From Felis catus (lineage: Eukaryota), in NCBI RefSeq assembly GCF_018350175.1, contig NC_058368.1, positions 23,686,001 to 23,750,000 of the forward strand: DNA of 64,000 bases. The letters are read 5' to 3'. Shown here one piece after another: positions 12,540 to 26,026 of this stretch. Numbering within the stretch: the stretch's first letter is position 1; every line of letters starts with the position of its first letter. A program made the position numbers and the translations under genes. Under the pieces are notes generated by a model, which was not told the DNA's origin, did not search any database, and was given only the letters and a program-made list of their open reading frames with translations.

Positions 12540-15500
12540 TGAACAGACTGATTACTAGTAACGAAATTGAACTGGTAATGAATAAACTTCCCCAAACAAA
12601 AGCCCAGGACCAGATGGATTCACAACTTAAGTCTACCAAACATTTAAACAAGAGTTAATTTGTCTTCTCCTCAAACTATTCCAAAAAACAGGAGGAAGGA
12701 AAGCTTCCAAATACATTCTACATGGCCATAATCACCCTGACACCAGAACCAGACAGACACTACAAACAAACAAACTACAGGCCACAGATCTAGAATTCCT
12801 CAATGAAATATTAGCAATCCACATTAAACAATACATTAAAGGGATCACCCACTATGATCAAGTAGATTTATTCCAGGAATAGAAGTATCATTGAGGATTT
12901 TCAATTCAATCAACCTGATACACAACATTAACAGAATGAAGAATAAAAATCATATGATCATCTTAATAGATGCAGATAAGGTATTTGACAAGAATTTAAT
13001 ATCCATTCATGATAAAACTCTCAAAAAGTGGGTTTAGAGGAAAAATACCTCAACATAACAAAGTCCATGTATGACAAACCCACAGCTAACATCATCCTCA
13101 ATTGTGAAAAACTGAGAGCTTTTCTTCTAAGATCAGGAGCAAGACAAGGATGACCACCCTTGCTACTTTTATTCAACATAGCACTGAATATTCTAGTCAC
13201 AACAATCAGTCAAGAAATAAAATGCATCCAAATTGGTAAGAAAGAAGCAAAATGGTTACTAATTCCAAATGATATTATACTATACATAGAAAATCCTAAA
13301 GACTCCACCAAGAAACTGTTAGAAGTAATAAATGAATTCAGTAAAGTTGTAGGATACAAAATTAATATACAGAAATGTGTTGCATTTCTATACAGTGATA
13401 ACAAACTAGCAGAAAGACAAATGAAAAAAATTCCATTTACAATTGTACCAAAAAGGAATAAAATACCTAGAGATGAACTTAACAAAAAAGGCAAAAGATC
13501 TGTACTCTGAAAACTATAAAATGTTGATGAAAAATATTGAAGGTAACACAAACAAATGAAAAGATATTGCATGCTGATGGATTTGAAGAATAATATTAAC
13601 ATTCCCAGACTACCCAAAGTAATCTACAGATATTTTAAAAATGTTTATTTTTTTGAGAGAGAGAGAGAGAGAGAGGGGGAGGGAGGGAGGGGCAGAGAGA
13701 GAGGGACACAGAATCCAAGGCAGGCTCCAGGGTCCAAGCTGTCAGCACAGACACTATGCAGAGCTGAACTCACAGACCATGAGATCATGACCTGACCTTA
13801 AGTCAGAGGCTCAACTGACTCAGTCACCCAGGTGCCCCAAAGTAATCTACAGATTTAATGCAATCCCTATCACAATACCAACAGCAATTTTCACAGAACT
13901 AGAATAATCCTAAAATTTGTATGGAACTGCAAAAGTCCCTAAAGAGCCAAAACAATCTTGAGAAACAAGAACGAAGCTGGAGATATCACATTCCCACATT
14001 TCAAGATACACTACAAAGCTGTAATAATCAAAACATCATGGTAAAGCCACAAAAATAGACACAAATCAATGGAACAGAATAGGTAGACCAGAAATAAACC
14101 TATGATTATATTGTCAATTAATCTATGACAAAGGAAGCAAGAATACTTAAGGGGGAAGACAATGTCTTCAACAAATGGTGTTGGGAAAACTGGACAGCTA
14201 CATGCAAAAGAATGAAATTGGACCATTTTCTTAGACAATACACAAAAATAAACTAAAAATGGATTAAAGACCTACATGTGAGATGTGAAACCATAAAACT
14301 CCTAGAAGAAAACATAGGCAGTAATCTCAATGACATCAGCCTTAGCAGCATTTTTTTTTTCTAGATATATCTCCTCAGGCAAGGGAAACAAAAACAAACT
14401 ATTGGGACTATATCAAAATAGTGTTTACACAATTAAGGAAACCATCAACAAAATGAAAAGGCAACCTGCTAAATAGGAGACGATATTTACAAATGATATA
14501 TTTGATAAGGGCTGAATATCCCAAATATATAAAGAACTTATACAATTAAACACCAAAACAACAAACAATTTGATTAAAAAATGGATAAAGGAACTGAATA
14601 AACATTTTTCCTAAGAAGACATGCAGATGGCCAATAGACACATGAAAAGGTGTTCAACATCACTAATCATTAGAGAGATACAAATCAAAACTACAATGAA
14701 ATATACCCTGACACTTGCCAGAATGGTTGGAAGAGGGCAGACAAGAAAATACCAAGTGTTGGCGAGGATGTGGAGAAAAAGGAACCCTTCTGCACTGTTA
14801 GTGGGAAGGTAAATTGGTGCATCCACTGTGGAAAACAGTATGGGGTTTCCTCAAAAAATTAAAAATGGAAATACCAGTGATTCTACTATTGGGTATTTTC
14901 CCAAGAAAAATAAATAAAAAACTAATTTGAAAAGATATATGTACCTCCTTGTTTACTGCAGCTTTATTTATAATAGCCAAGATATGGAAGCAACCCAAGT
15001 GTCCATCAATAGATGGATGGATACAGAAGTGGTATGTATACATACATTCATATGTACATACAGTGAACTATTACTCATCCACCAAAAAAAAAAAAGATGA
15101 GATCTTTCCATTTATGACAACATAGATGAATGTACAGGGTATAATGCTAAGTGAAATAAGCCAGATTGAAAAATACAAATACTATATGGTTTCACTTATA
15201 TGTGGAATCAAAAAACCAAAACAAATGAATAAACAAAAAAGCAGAAAGAGACCCATAAATATAAACTGATCGTTGCCAGAGGACACAGGGGTAGGGGGAT
15301 GAGCAAAGCAAGGTAAAGGGGATTGGGAGATACAGTCTTCTAGTTATAGAATGAATAAGTCATAGGGATAAAAGGTGTAATGTAAGGAATATAGCAATAG
15401 CATTCTAATACTGTTCCATGGCAACAGATGAGAGCTACACTTGTGAGCAAAGGATAACATACTTATTGACTCACTATGTTGTATACTTGTAACAAATGTA

Positions 15501-15550
15501 ACAAACATAGTTTCAAAAAAACTATATTTCAGAAAAAAAGTTTTAAAAAA
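12540..15550 (+). mobile_element. Older carnivore LINE-1, ~2.8 kb 5'-truncated (RT domain to 3' end), disabled
   Basis: ORF2 fragments (ccaggaccagatggattcac; [31 protein letters not shown]), 3'UTR and A tail. Confidence 0.95.
13632..13838 (-). mobile_element. Can-SINE inserted in L1
   Basis: Perfect 16-bp TSD aaagtaatctacagat (13616-13631 / 13839-13854). Confidence 0.96.
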
Positions 15551-15566
15551 GAGTTACAATGTTATA

Positions 15567-15898
15567 CATTTGTCCCTTGAATATTATGGATGTGAACTAT
15601 GTGGATTCACTCATACCTGGATTTTTAAAAATAATATTGTTTTCTAAATGTATTTCCTCTTCCTTATGATTTCCTTAGTAACATTTTATTTTCTTTGGCT
15701 TACTTTACTGTAGGAATAAAGCATAAAATGCATATAACATACAAAATATGTGTTGATTGACTTTATGTTATTGGTAAGTCTTTGGTCAACAGTATACTAT
15801 CAGTAGTTAAGTTTTTGGAAAATGAAAAGTTGTATGAGGACTTTTGACTGTGCAGGGGGTCAGAACCTCTAACTCTCACATCAATCAAGGGTCAAGTG
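15567..15898. mobile_element. Tigger2a/MER28-like DNA transposon
   Basis: TIRs catttgtcccttgaa / tcaagggtcaagtg, each flanked by TA; internal sequence matches recalled Tigger2a. Confidence 0.85.
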
Positions 15899-16140
15899 TA
15901 CTTCAAAACTCACATGGAGAGAAAAATTATGTTAAATATAAATACATTTATCATAATTTTAAATCATTTCCAGAGCATATCATTTTTCTTACTCTTTCTC
16001 ATTCTTTTAGTAAGGATCTATGAATGGTTAACCCTCTTAGCGTATGTCTTTACATATTTTCTTTTAGTTATGATGGATTGGTTAGCTGTGTTAACTGTTA
16101 CTTCCACCCTGAAGACAGTATTCTATTTTCTTCCCACCTC

Positions 16141-16215
16141 TGTGGGTGTATGTATGCATATATATGCGTGTGTGTGTGTGTGTATGTATGTATGTATATA
16201 TGCATGTATGTATAT
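16141..16215. repeat. Compound (TG)n/(TATG)n microsatellite
   Basis: Seen directly. Confidence 0.85.
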
Positions 16216-16796
16216 TTCTGTTCTTCCATTTCTTTCTCCTTTTCCATCTTTTTCTCTGTCCTATTCTGACTGTATCTTTCTCTATCAAGCTTCATCCTAA
16301 ACCTTTCTCTTCCCTCTTTTCTGAGGGAATTCTGAGATAACATCGGGTTTGTCCCAGAACAAATTATATAAGCACCTAGTACAACTTCCTTTGCGATAAG
16401 GCTGTTTCCTTCTGATCAATTTTTATAGCTATAAGTAAGGATGCAGAATGATCAATCTCTTTAGCTGAGGATAGATAGTACTCAGCCCCTGGATTTGAGC
16501 AATGACCCCAACTCCCAGTACTCTTCCCATCTTCCACTGTGTCCCAGTCCCATTTCATGTGGAACACTTTTTGCTTTCTTTATTCTGCAAGACCAAAATT
16601 GTGGATACCATTGTCTGCTTCAGCGTCTTGAGCTCAACACACCTCTGATTTCAGTCTGTTCTGTCTTTGACATTTTGATCCCACCAGACATGCTTATCTG
16701 TTTCCAATCCAGGTAAATATTTTTGTTGTGTGTGTGTGCGTGCACACATGCATGTATTGTTATTATATGTTAGAGCACAGTCTAATTGCATTTCAC

Positions 16797-18122
16797 CTTT
16801 TCATTTTATTATATTTTGTTTCAAGTTTTTATTTAATTTCTAGTCAGTTAACATATAGAGTAATAATGCTTTCAGGAGTAGAATTTAGTGATTCATCATT
16901 TACATATAACACCCAGGCTCATCACAAGTGCCCTCCTTAATCCCCATCACCAATTTAACCCATCCCTATGACCACCTTCCCTTTAGTAGCCATCAGGTTG
17001 TTCTCTATAGTGAAGAGTCTGTTTCTTGGTTTGCCTCTCTCTCTTTTCTCCCCCCTTTGCTGTTTTTTTTTTCTTAAATTTAACATATGAGTGAAGTCAT
17101 ATGGTATTTGTCTTTTTCTGAATGACTTATTTCCCTTAGCATAATACTCTCTGGCTCTATCCATGTTGTTGCAAATGGCAAGATTTCATTTTTTTATGGC
17201 TGAGTATTTTCCATTGTATATGTATCCCACATTCTTTTTATCCATTCATCAGTTGATGGACACTTTGGCTGTTTCCATAGCTTGGCTATTATAGATAATG
17301 CTGCAATGAAACCAGGAGCTGGTTCTTTGAAAAAAAAAATTAATAAAATTGATAAACTCTAGCCAGACTTATCAAAAAGAAAAGAGAAAGGACCAAATAA
17401 AATCACAAATAAGAGAGGAGAAATAACAACCAATACCACAGAAATTCAAACATTTATAAGAGAATATTATGAAAAACTATATGCCAACAAATTGGACAAC
17501 CTGGAAGAAATGGAAAAATTCCTACAAACATGTATACTATCAAAAGTGAAACAGGAAGGAGGCACCTGGATGGCTCAGTTTAAGTATCGGACTCTTGATT
17601 TCAGCTCAGGTCATGATCTTACTGATCATGGGATCAAACCCTGCATCTGGCTCTGCACTGACAGAATAGAGCATGTTTTGAATTCTCTTTCTCCTTCTCT
17701 CTGCCCCTCCCCTGCTTGTCCACATGCAATCTGTCTCTCTCAAAATAAATAAATAAACTTTAAAAAACTGAAACAGGAAGAAAAAGATAACTTAAACAGA
17801 CTTATAACCAGCAAATGAACTGAATCAGTAATAAAAGCAAAAACAAAAAACTCCCAACAAACAGATGTCCAGGGCCAGAGGGCTTCAGATGTGAATTCTA
17901 CCAAACATTTAAAGAAAAGTTAGTATTTATTTTCCTGAAACTATTCCAAAAAATACAAGAGGAAGGGAAACTTCCAAATTCATTCTATGAGGCTAGCATT
18001 GCCCTCACACTGAAAACAGATAAAGACAGCACTAAAATAGAGAACTATAGGCCCATATCCCAATGATCAGAGATGCAAAAATTCTCAATAAAATACTAGC
18101 AAACAGAATCCAACAATACATT
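16797..18122 (-). mobile_element. LINE-1 with inversion: reverse 3' end (16797-17307) joined to a forward ORF2 segment (17305-18122)
   Basis: Orientation switches at gctgcaat|gaaaccaggagc with caat microhomology. Confidence 0.85.
17559..17763 (+). mobile_element. Can-SINE inserted in L1
   Basis: TSD aaaa(g/c)tgaaacaggaag (17542-17558 / 17764-17780). Confidence 0.93.
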
Positions 18123-18969
18123 ATAGTGCACTTTGAAAAATCATTTTCCTATTTTTCCCAATGGAGAACACTTTAGCTTTAGAATTTATGAATGAAAATT
18201 CTCGGTAATTATTACCCATGGCTCCAGTATGTCTCAACATTTATTGTATTTCTTTAAAAATCAGTTCTAATATGCTAGCAGAAATCTACTCTTAAATAAA
18301 TTTGAATATAACTTAACATTTTCTAAACTCTAATGCTCATTTAGATTACTCAAAACACATATAGTAAAAACATTAGTAGAATTTGACTAACAAAGAAAGA
18401 AGAATATAACCTCAACAGCTTTTAAATTAAATCAGTACAACAAAATTTTTCAAGAAGTTACATGACCTAAAGTAGCAAAACAAATCTGTAGGCAGCAATA
18501 AAGTGGACTCAAAAAGCTAAATTTTATCACTGAAATGTTCTAGTTTTTCTTGTCTATTTTTCCCGTAGTTATATAAGCAGATTTAAAATTTAAAATTTAC
18601 AGGTCTCATATGCAGTTGAAGGAATACTACATTAAGTGAGGCTCAAACAGAGGAAAACCAAGGTCCTTTCGACCTCAGGATTCCTCTAGATGGTCTCCTC
18701 TTCATTCAGTGGTAATCCTATATATAAAAAAGCATGATTCCACAATCATACACATGCAATGTTATTATGTGGAAAATGTGCTATGGCTTGTATATCTGGT
18801 TTTGGCTTCATGAGTTCTAAAAATGCTATAGGGTGGTTGAGTTAATTCTTCAAAGAAACTCACTGAACTAAAGAGAGGGTCATATTTGCCATTTTTCCAA
18901 GGCATACTTGTAAAATATAAAAATACATGACACATTCTTATAAAAGTATATACCATTCAGTGCACAGAC

Positions 18970-19845
18970 TATGAAAAGATGCTCAGCATCACTAACGACT
19001 AGGAAATTCAAATCAAAACCACAATGAGATATCTATCACCTTACCTGTGTGAGAATAGGTAACATAAAAAAGGCAAGAAATAACAAGTGTTGGTGAGAAT
19101 GTTGAGAAAAAAGAAACATTGTACACTGATGGTGAGATTGTAAATTGGCACAGCCACTATGGAAACCAGCATGTGTATTCCTTAAGAAATTAAAAATACA
19201 AATACCATATGATCCATTAATTCCACTAGTGGGTACTTAACCAAAGAAATTTAAAACACTAATTCAAAAAGATACATACCCATCTTTGTTTATGATAAAA
19301 TTATCTCTAATAGCCAATATATGGAAGCAACGTAAGTATCCATTGACAGACAAATGGATACAGAAGACATGGCATGAGCGTGCGCACACACACACATGAA
19401 TATTATGCAGCCACTAAAAAGGATGAGAAGGATGAGATAGTGGCATTTAATGCAACATGGATGGACCTAGAAAATATTATGTTAAGTGAAAGACATAAGA
19501 TTGAGAAAGACAAATATAAGATTTAACTCATATGTGGAATCTAGAAACAAATGAATAAACAAGCTCAAATCAGAATAAGACCTATAAACAGAGAATAAGT
19601 TGATGGTTGCTAGGTGGAAGGGGTGTGAAAAATTAATGACGGAGAGATACAGTTATAGAATGATTAAGTTAGAGATATAAAAGACACAGCATAAAGAACA
19701 TAGTGATATTGTGACAGAGTTGTACAGTGACAGCAGCTACACTTGTGGTGAGCACATTATATATAAATTGGTGGAATCACTAAATTACACACCTGAAACT
19801 GATGTAATATTGTGTGTCAACTATACCTAGAAAGATTTTTTAAAG
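18970..19845 (+). mobile_element. Older LINE-1 3' fragment
   Basis: atgaaaagatgctcagcatcact... ORF2 end and 3'UTR ending tgtgtgtcaactatac. Confidence 0.92.
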
Positions 19846-19984
19846 TACAATGATAATAAAATTTTGAAAAAGAGCCATTTAGGCAACTAAGTGTCAATAT
19901 AAAATTTTCCAAGCATGTTAGGCTAGGGATTTTATTTAATTTTCACCTTAAGATATATATTTGAGAATATCTATAAATAGCAAT

Positions 19985-20151
19985 TTGTTTAATTGAGAGA
20001 GAGGGTGAGTAGGGGAGAGATGAAGAGGGAAAGAGAGACTCTTAAGCAGGCTCAGCGCTGCACCTGGGGCTTGATCCCATGACCCTGGGATCATGACCTG
20101 AACCAAAATCAAGAGTTGGCCACTCAACTGACGGAGCCACCCAGGTGCCCC
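19985..20151 (-). mobile_element. Can-SINE (short variant)
   Basis: ...gagccacccaggtgcccc head; taaatag(c/t)a on both flanks. Confidence 0.9.
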
Positions 20152-21089
20152 TAAATAGTACTAATTCTTATAAAGCTATTTTCTACATTAAACTGAAATT
20201 TGATTTTAAATAGTTTCTACTGGCTACTTTTAGTCTGCTTTCCACAGCTATACAGAGTGAGCAAGCCCTGTTTATATTATATCCTGTTAATTTGAATCTC
20301 TCATCCTTGCTTGCTAAGATCTTTGGTTTGATTCTGTCATACAGCTACCAGGAAATTCTCCGGCTTCCTGAAATCTGTAAATTAGATGGGCTTCCTTTTT
20401 TATGTCCTCATCCAAATTGCTGACAGAAACACTGATGATGATAGGAAAAAGCTCTGCAGCATGTAACTAGATAATTCCATTACATTGACCTTGATTTTCA
20501 TTCATGAGCCCCCAGTGGTCCTTCAACAAGATCCAAATCCATCTACCTATACTGTCAGCCTGCACTTGAGTATCTTGTCCAAAACCTTTGCTGAATTCCA
20601 GGCATTTTAACTTTATGGCATTTGCTTTATCTACCAGGTTAGGATGTGTTTTCAAAAACAACACATCTGGAATAACTTGTCAACACACGAATGCACCCTG
20701 TTGTCATACTCTCTTCCTAGTTAATAATAGACTCAGCTGAAACTGTTGGTGAGTCAGAGATTAGGCTGATCCCATGACTGTGCTAAGTGTTATATTAGCA
20801 GTATTAGCTGAAATCTGGAAAGCACATGGTCATCGCCTTCAAGAAGATACTGGAAATGCTATCTACTTTTCCATGTAGGCTTCTTATGGCCACAGAAGAC
20901 CTTCCTGGAGTTCAAATCCTTCCAGGACCACAGCTGTGGCATCTACTTCATTCCCTTCTATAATCTGTGTGCTAGCCAACCTTAAAATTATAAATAATGT
21001 GAAAAAAATTCTGTTGATGTCACAAGAAGAAGAACACATTTTCTTCCTCTCCTAGTCCTCTTATTTTTTCTCTTTTAACTGGATAAAGA

Positions 21090-21330
21090 TCATGGTTAAA
21101 CTCCTGGGCCTTAAATCAGATGGCTTGTGTCTATACCTTATGTCTGCAATTTCTGAGTTGCCATTGTCAATTTACTCAATCTCTCCTACTGGCATTTTAT
21201 CATATATCAAATGGGAATAATAGTGTCTATTTCACAGGACTGCTATGAGAATTGACTTATTGCATGTTAAACCTTTAGATGTATTCTTGGCACATAGTAA
21301 GCTCTAAATAATAATTGTTGTTTTAATTGT
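21090..21330 (+). mobile_element. MIR
   Basis: aaatgggaataatagtgtctatttcacaggactgctatgagaatt...tggcacatagtaagctc, the MIR core and 3' end. Confidence 0.8.
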
Positions 21331-21999
21331 TATTATTGTTGCTTAAAGGATATGGGCGTTCTCAGTTTGGAGAAATGCTGGTTGTTTGAGAGCTGTACTT
21401 CTGTTTGGTTAACTGAAGCTACCCTGCACACATATTAATAAAGCTATTTTCAGTCATGGATAGCTGAGCTCCTTGGAGAGTTATAGAACTAGTGGCAAAT
21501 GTTGGGCAATATGACACTGCTCCAGAAGATATTGCCTTAATGATCCCAGTAATGGCTTGTTTTCACAAAACTTCTATCTCACAAGCAGAAAGCACTCTAT
21601 AGACATTATCACATAATGAGTCTGAGAAGTTGCTAGGCTACAAGTACTATGTGATTGTTTCTGTTTTTGCACAGGGATTCTGAGTAACTTACTTATGGTT
21701 CCATAAAAAGATAGAAGCAGCAGAAAGAAAAACCCATTACATGGTCTTCTAAAATTCCACGTAGAGATTTTGGGATCTCCAAGTTAAGTTTGGGGCAATC
21801 TAGATGACACTGTATATATTTAAGATTATTAAAAGTAAATCATTTTGCAATGTGAAATCTGGCAGCATGACACCACTGATTAAATGTGGGATATATCCAG
21901 ATTGATTCAGTAAGTCTGGTAATCAATCATTAGGTTCACAGAACCCAGTACATTTGACAACTGGAAGGAATAAGTAGTGAGACAACCCACAAGTTCAGT

Positions 22000-22340
22000 C
22001 TATTTGACTTTCAATACAGTTTGGCAAATGCTATGTGCAAGGCACTATGCTGCACACAACTGGGGGTAAAAGATTTCTCAGGGACTTCAGTCCTGAGTAA
22101 AATAGGAAAAGCAGATGTAGATGTAGACAGAGATGAAGGTCCAGCTGCTGCCATAGACATAGATTCATATAATATAATGCTCTAATAAACAAAGCACATC
22201 AGATAGTAAGTTAAAGAGATGTTCATTTGACAGGGAATCCGGAAGAGCCTTCTAAAAGGACATGATTTCAGGAAGGTCTTAAAGAATCAGCAGGTCAGCA
22301 ATTGTGAATATTTGGTAAAGGAAGAGGAGACACTGTGTAG
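22000..22340 (-). mobile_element. L2 fragment
   Basis: ctatgtgcaaggcactatgct...ggaagagccttctaaaaggacatgattt resembles an L2 3' region in reverse. Confidence 0.55.
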
Positions 22341-22872
22341 AGCAGGTGGAAGTGTCCTTGAAAACGTTTGCTGATATGGGGTAAATGGGAAATTATGCCT
22401 CCTCCGTGTATTTTCCAGAGTTGGTAGGAACCTCAATTTTACTTTTTAACAAATTTAAGACAAGATTCCTCTTAAGTGTTTGGAAGGAGAACAAGAGAGA
22501 AATGAAGGACAAAAAGAAAAGGAAGTACCTGTTTCAATGTTTCTTTCAGACTTTTTTTCAGAGCGGGATATATAAATCACAGGTCAAGTAGGTCTGAAAT
22601 ACCTACATATCCTTAGCTGCCTCATTTCAGAAACTAAATTTGTGTGTAAATCTGTGGTATTTCTTTCTTCTCTTGTTCAATTAAGACGTTGGTATTGGTG
22701 AGCCTTGTAGTTGTTATACAACTGATGAGGCATTAGAATACTAATGAATTATACTAACTGCAACCCACTGGTGTACCTACTCAGGGAGAGTAATCACTAA
22801 TCTAGGGTATCTTTAGTCTATTTTTATACTACCTGGACTTGGGAAATAACAATAGACTCCTTGTACACTTAA

Positions 22873-22917
22873 TTTTTTTTTAATTTTTTAAATATTTATT
22901 TATTTAGTTTTGAGAGA

Positions 22918-22979
<62 letters not shown>

Positions 22980-23149
22980 CAGAGCATGAGAGAGGAAGGG
23001 GCAGAGAGAGGGAGAAATAGAACTTGAAGCAGGCTCCAGGTTCCAAGCTGTCAGCACAGAGCCTGATGCCGGGCTCAAACTCACAGACTGTGAGATCATG
23101 ACCTGAGCCGAAGTTGGATGCTCAACTGACTGAGCCACCTAGCTGCCCC
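22873..23149 (-). mobile_element. Can-SINE with expanded (AG)n
   Basis: Full body with ~60 bp (AG)n at 22912-22976; degenerate TSD gtacacttaat / gtacaatcaat. Confidence 0.95.
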
Positions 23150-23249
23150 GTACAATCAATGTTTTTAAGTGATATACAAACTATTTCCAACCAAATATTC
23201 AAAATGACAAAGATTTTAGGCTTGCTTAGTTTAGTCTGTATATTGTTTT

Positions 23250-23471
23250 TATTTTTTTAATTTAAAAAAATGTTTATTTATTTTGAGAGAGTGAGAGACA
23301 GAGCACAAGCAGGGGAGGGGCAGAGAGAGAGAGGGAGACCTAGAATCTGAAGCAGGCTCCAGGCTCTGAGCTGTCAACACAGAGCTGGAGACAAGGCTCG
23401 AACCCACTGACTGTGACAGCATGACCTGAGTCGAAGCTGAACACTTATCCAACTGAGCAACCCAGGCACCG
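23250..23471 (-). mobile_element. Can-SINE
   Basis: Full body gaatctgaagcaggctccaggctctgagc...cccaggcacc. Confidence 0.94.
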
Positions 23472-23829
23472 CTTTTTGTGTATTATTATTTTTTTTAATA
23501 AGGCTAGACCTTGTTGAAGAACACAAGTTGTTCATATACTCTGCATCAATGACAATGATAAAAGCAACTGGGGAACTCAATTAGCTTTGATAGACCAGGA
23601 ACAATGCTGACATAATTACTTCAAATGGCTATAATGTATTTGCCAGTGACCCCTATTCAATATCATAGACTCTGACTCATATTTTTATGGCAGTAATGAT
23701 GGGATCTTTAAAAAAATTAGGCATTACTGAATTTTCTAATATTGTAGCTGAATGTTTTCTCAAACTAGACTGACCCTGGTTAGTGGAACTGCACTGCCCA
23801 ACACACAATAGCAAGGTTTTGTAATAGGA

Positions 23830-23965
23830 GATGTGGGTTTGAGATGTGACTTTTCCTGATTCTGACTGTATTATTTTGGGAAAGTAACTTTAATCTTCTT
23901 AAACTTCTTTAAACTTCTTAATCTCAGTATACTTAGTTGGAAAATGGGAATAATAATCATACCTA
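23830..23965 (+). mobile_element. MIR fragment
   Basis: ttgggaaagtaactt...ctcagt...aaaatgggaataataatcatacctac. Confidence 0.65.
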
Positions 23966-23982
23966 CTAAACTGAGCTTTGAG

Positions 23983-25004
23983 AATCACAGGAAATACAAC
24001 TGTTGGCAAGAATGAGGAGAGGGGCATCTGGGTGGCTCAGTTCGTTAAGCACCTGACTTCGGCTCAGGTCATGATCTCACAGTTCATGGGTTCAAGCCCC
24101 ACATTCCACTCTGTGCTGACAGCTCAGAGCCTGGAGCCTGCTTCGGATTCTGTGTCTCCCTCTCTCCCTGCCCTTCCCCAACTCATGCTCTGTTTCTGTC
24201 TCAAAAATAAATAAACATAAAAAAAAGTTTAAAAAAAACAATGAGGAAAAGGAACCCTCATGCACTGTTGGTGACAATGTAAATTGGTACAACCACTGGG
24301 GAAAACAGAATGGCATTTCCTGAAAAAGTTCAAAATATAAATATCATGTGATCCATCAATTCCAATGCTGAGTATTTAACCAAAGAAAATAAAAACACTA
24401 ATTTAAAAAGAAAAATGAACCCCTATGTTTATTGCAGCATTATTTACAATAGCCAAGATATGCAAACAACGTGTGTCCATTAACAGACAAATGAATAATG
24501 GAGATGTGATATACACACCCCCAGCATACATTAGAATATTATGCAGCCATAAAAAAGGTTGAGGCCATGCCAACATGGGTGGGCCTAGAGGGTATTATGC
24601 TAAGTGAAATAAGTAAGCGCAAGAAAGACAAATGCCACATTATTTCACCAATATGTAGAATCTAAAAAACCCAAATAAACAAGCAAAAATCAGAATCATA
24701 CCTATAAATACAGAAAATAAGCTGAAGGTTGCCAAAGGGGAGACAGGTGGGAGGTTGGGCAAAATGAGTGAAAGAGAGTGGGAGATACAGGCTTCCAGGT
24801 ATGGAATAAGTCACAGGAATAAAAGGCACAGCATAGGGAATATAGCCAAAGATATTGTAATAGTGCTGTATGGTGACAGATGGTAGCTACACTTGTGGTA
24901 AGCATGGTATAAAGGATAGAAAAGTTAAATCACCATGTCGTACACCTGATATTAATGTATCACTGTGTGTCAACTATACTCAAACAACAACAACAACAAC
25001 AAAA
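23983..25004 (+). mobile_element. Older LINE-1 3' fragment with (CAA)n tail, interrupted by a SINE
   Basis: ORF2 end and 3'UTR continue across the SINE. Confidence 0.92.
24021..24237 (+). mobile_element. Can-SINE inserted in L1
   Basis: TSD aagaatgaggaga / aacaatgaggaaa. Confidence 0.93.
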
Positions 25005-25376
25005 TCCCTCAATGCTACTTTTAAGTATTTGGTAGTGACACTAAATTATTTGTCTCAGCTGCCTTATATACTTGTCTCATATAATGTTCTAGATTAATTG
25101 ATCCTTATCTAACAAAAACACATGGTTTTTCAAATTCTGTTAGCATCTGAAAGTTGGCAAATGTTCACCTATATATAACATACTCCCCATTAAACATTGT
25201 GAAAGTGATTGAAGCTGGTAGGGTAAAAAACAGGCTTCAGGATAATTCAAATGGGATTTCCATCACAAATCAAGAAAAGCATTTAAAAAAGCATTTTGGG
25301 GGTAGATATTCTGTTATGTATATTAGGAGAAATACATGAGGGATTGAAGAGAAAAATGAACAATGTAAGAATGTTT

Positions 25377-25582
25377 AAAATTTTTTTTTATGTTTATTTA
25401 TTTTTGAGAGAGAGACAGAGAGCAAGTAGGGAGGGACAGAGAGAGGGAGACACAGAATCTGAAGTAGTCTCCAGGCTCTGAGCTGTCAGCACAGAGCCCA
25501 ACGCAGGCCTGGAACCCAGGAACCACGAGATCATGACCTGAGCCGAAGTCAATGCTTAACCAAATGAGCCACCAGCCGCCCC
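25377..25582 (-). mobile_element. Can-SINE
   Basis: TSD aagaatgttt (25367-25376 / 25583-25592). Confidence 0.95.
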
Positions 25583-25690
25583 AAGAATGTTTTAAATTGT
25601 GTGGTTGAGTTACAGAAAGGTGCCTTTTTGGCCTTTGTATTTAGCCATTTTTCTCAAAAGACGTCATAAAATTTTTTAAAATGCATTTTA

Positions 25691-26026
25691 TATATATATG
25701 GAAACACTATTTTTTATATTTTAGCAAGAGAGCATGAGTGGGGGAGAAGAGCAGAGGGAGAGAGGGAGGGAGGGAGGGAGGGAGGGAGAGAGAGGGGGAG
25801 AGAGAGGGGGAGAGACAGAGAGAGAATCTTTTTTTTAGTTTTATTTATTTGAGAGTGAGAGAGTGTGTGAGCAGGGGTGAGGTAGACAGGGAGAGAGAGA
25901 ATCCCAAGCAGGCTCTACACTCAGTGTGGAGCCCAGTGTGGGGCTTGATCCCACCACCATGAGATCATGACCTGAGCAGAAACCAAGATTCAGCTGCCCA
26001 ACTTATTGAGCCACCCAGGTGCCCCC
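25691..26026 (-). mobile_element. Composite Can-SINE: partial 3' half (25710-25828) abutting a full copy (25829-26026)
   Basis: Two T-tail plus (GA)n modules in series; outer repeat aaaatgcattt / aaaatacattt. Confidence 0.85.

Noticed and set aside
15896..16343. Overlapping hydrophobic / CV-rich ORFs
   Set aside because: Products of (TG)n/(TATG)n and T-rich low-complexity sequence.
16592..16712. Plus-strand exon (tctgcaag|...CCAG|gtaaat)
   Set aside because: Weak AAG acceptor, an unrecognised peptide and no partner exons.
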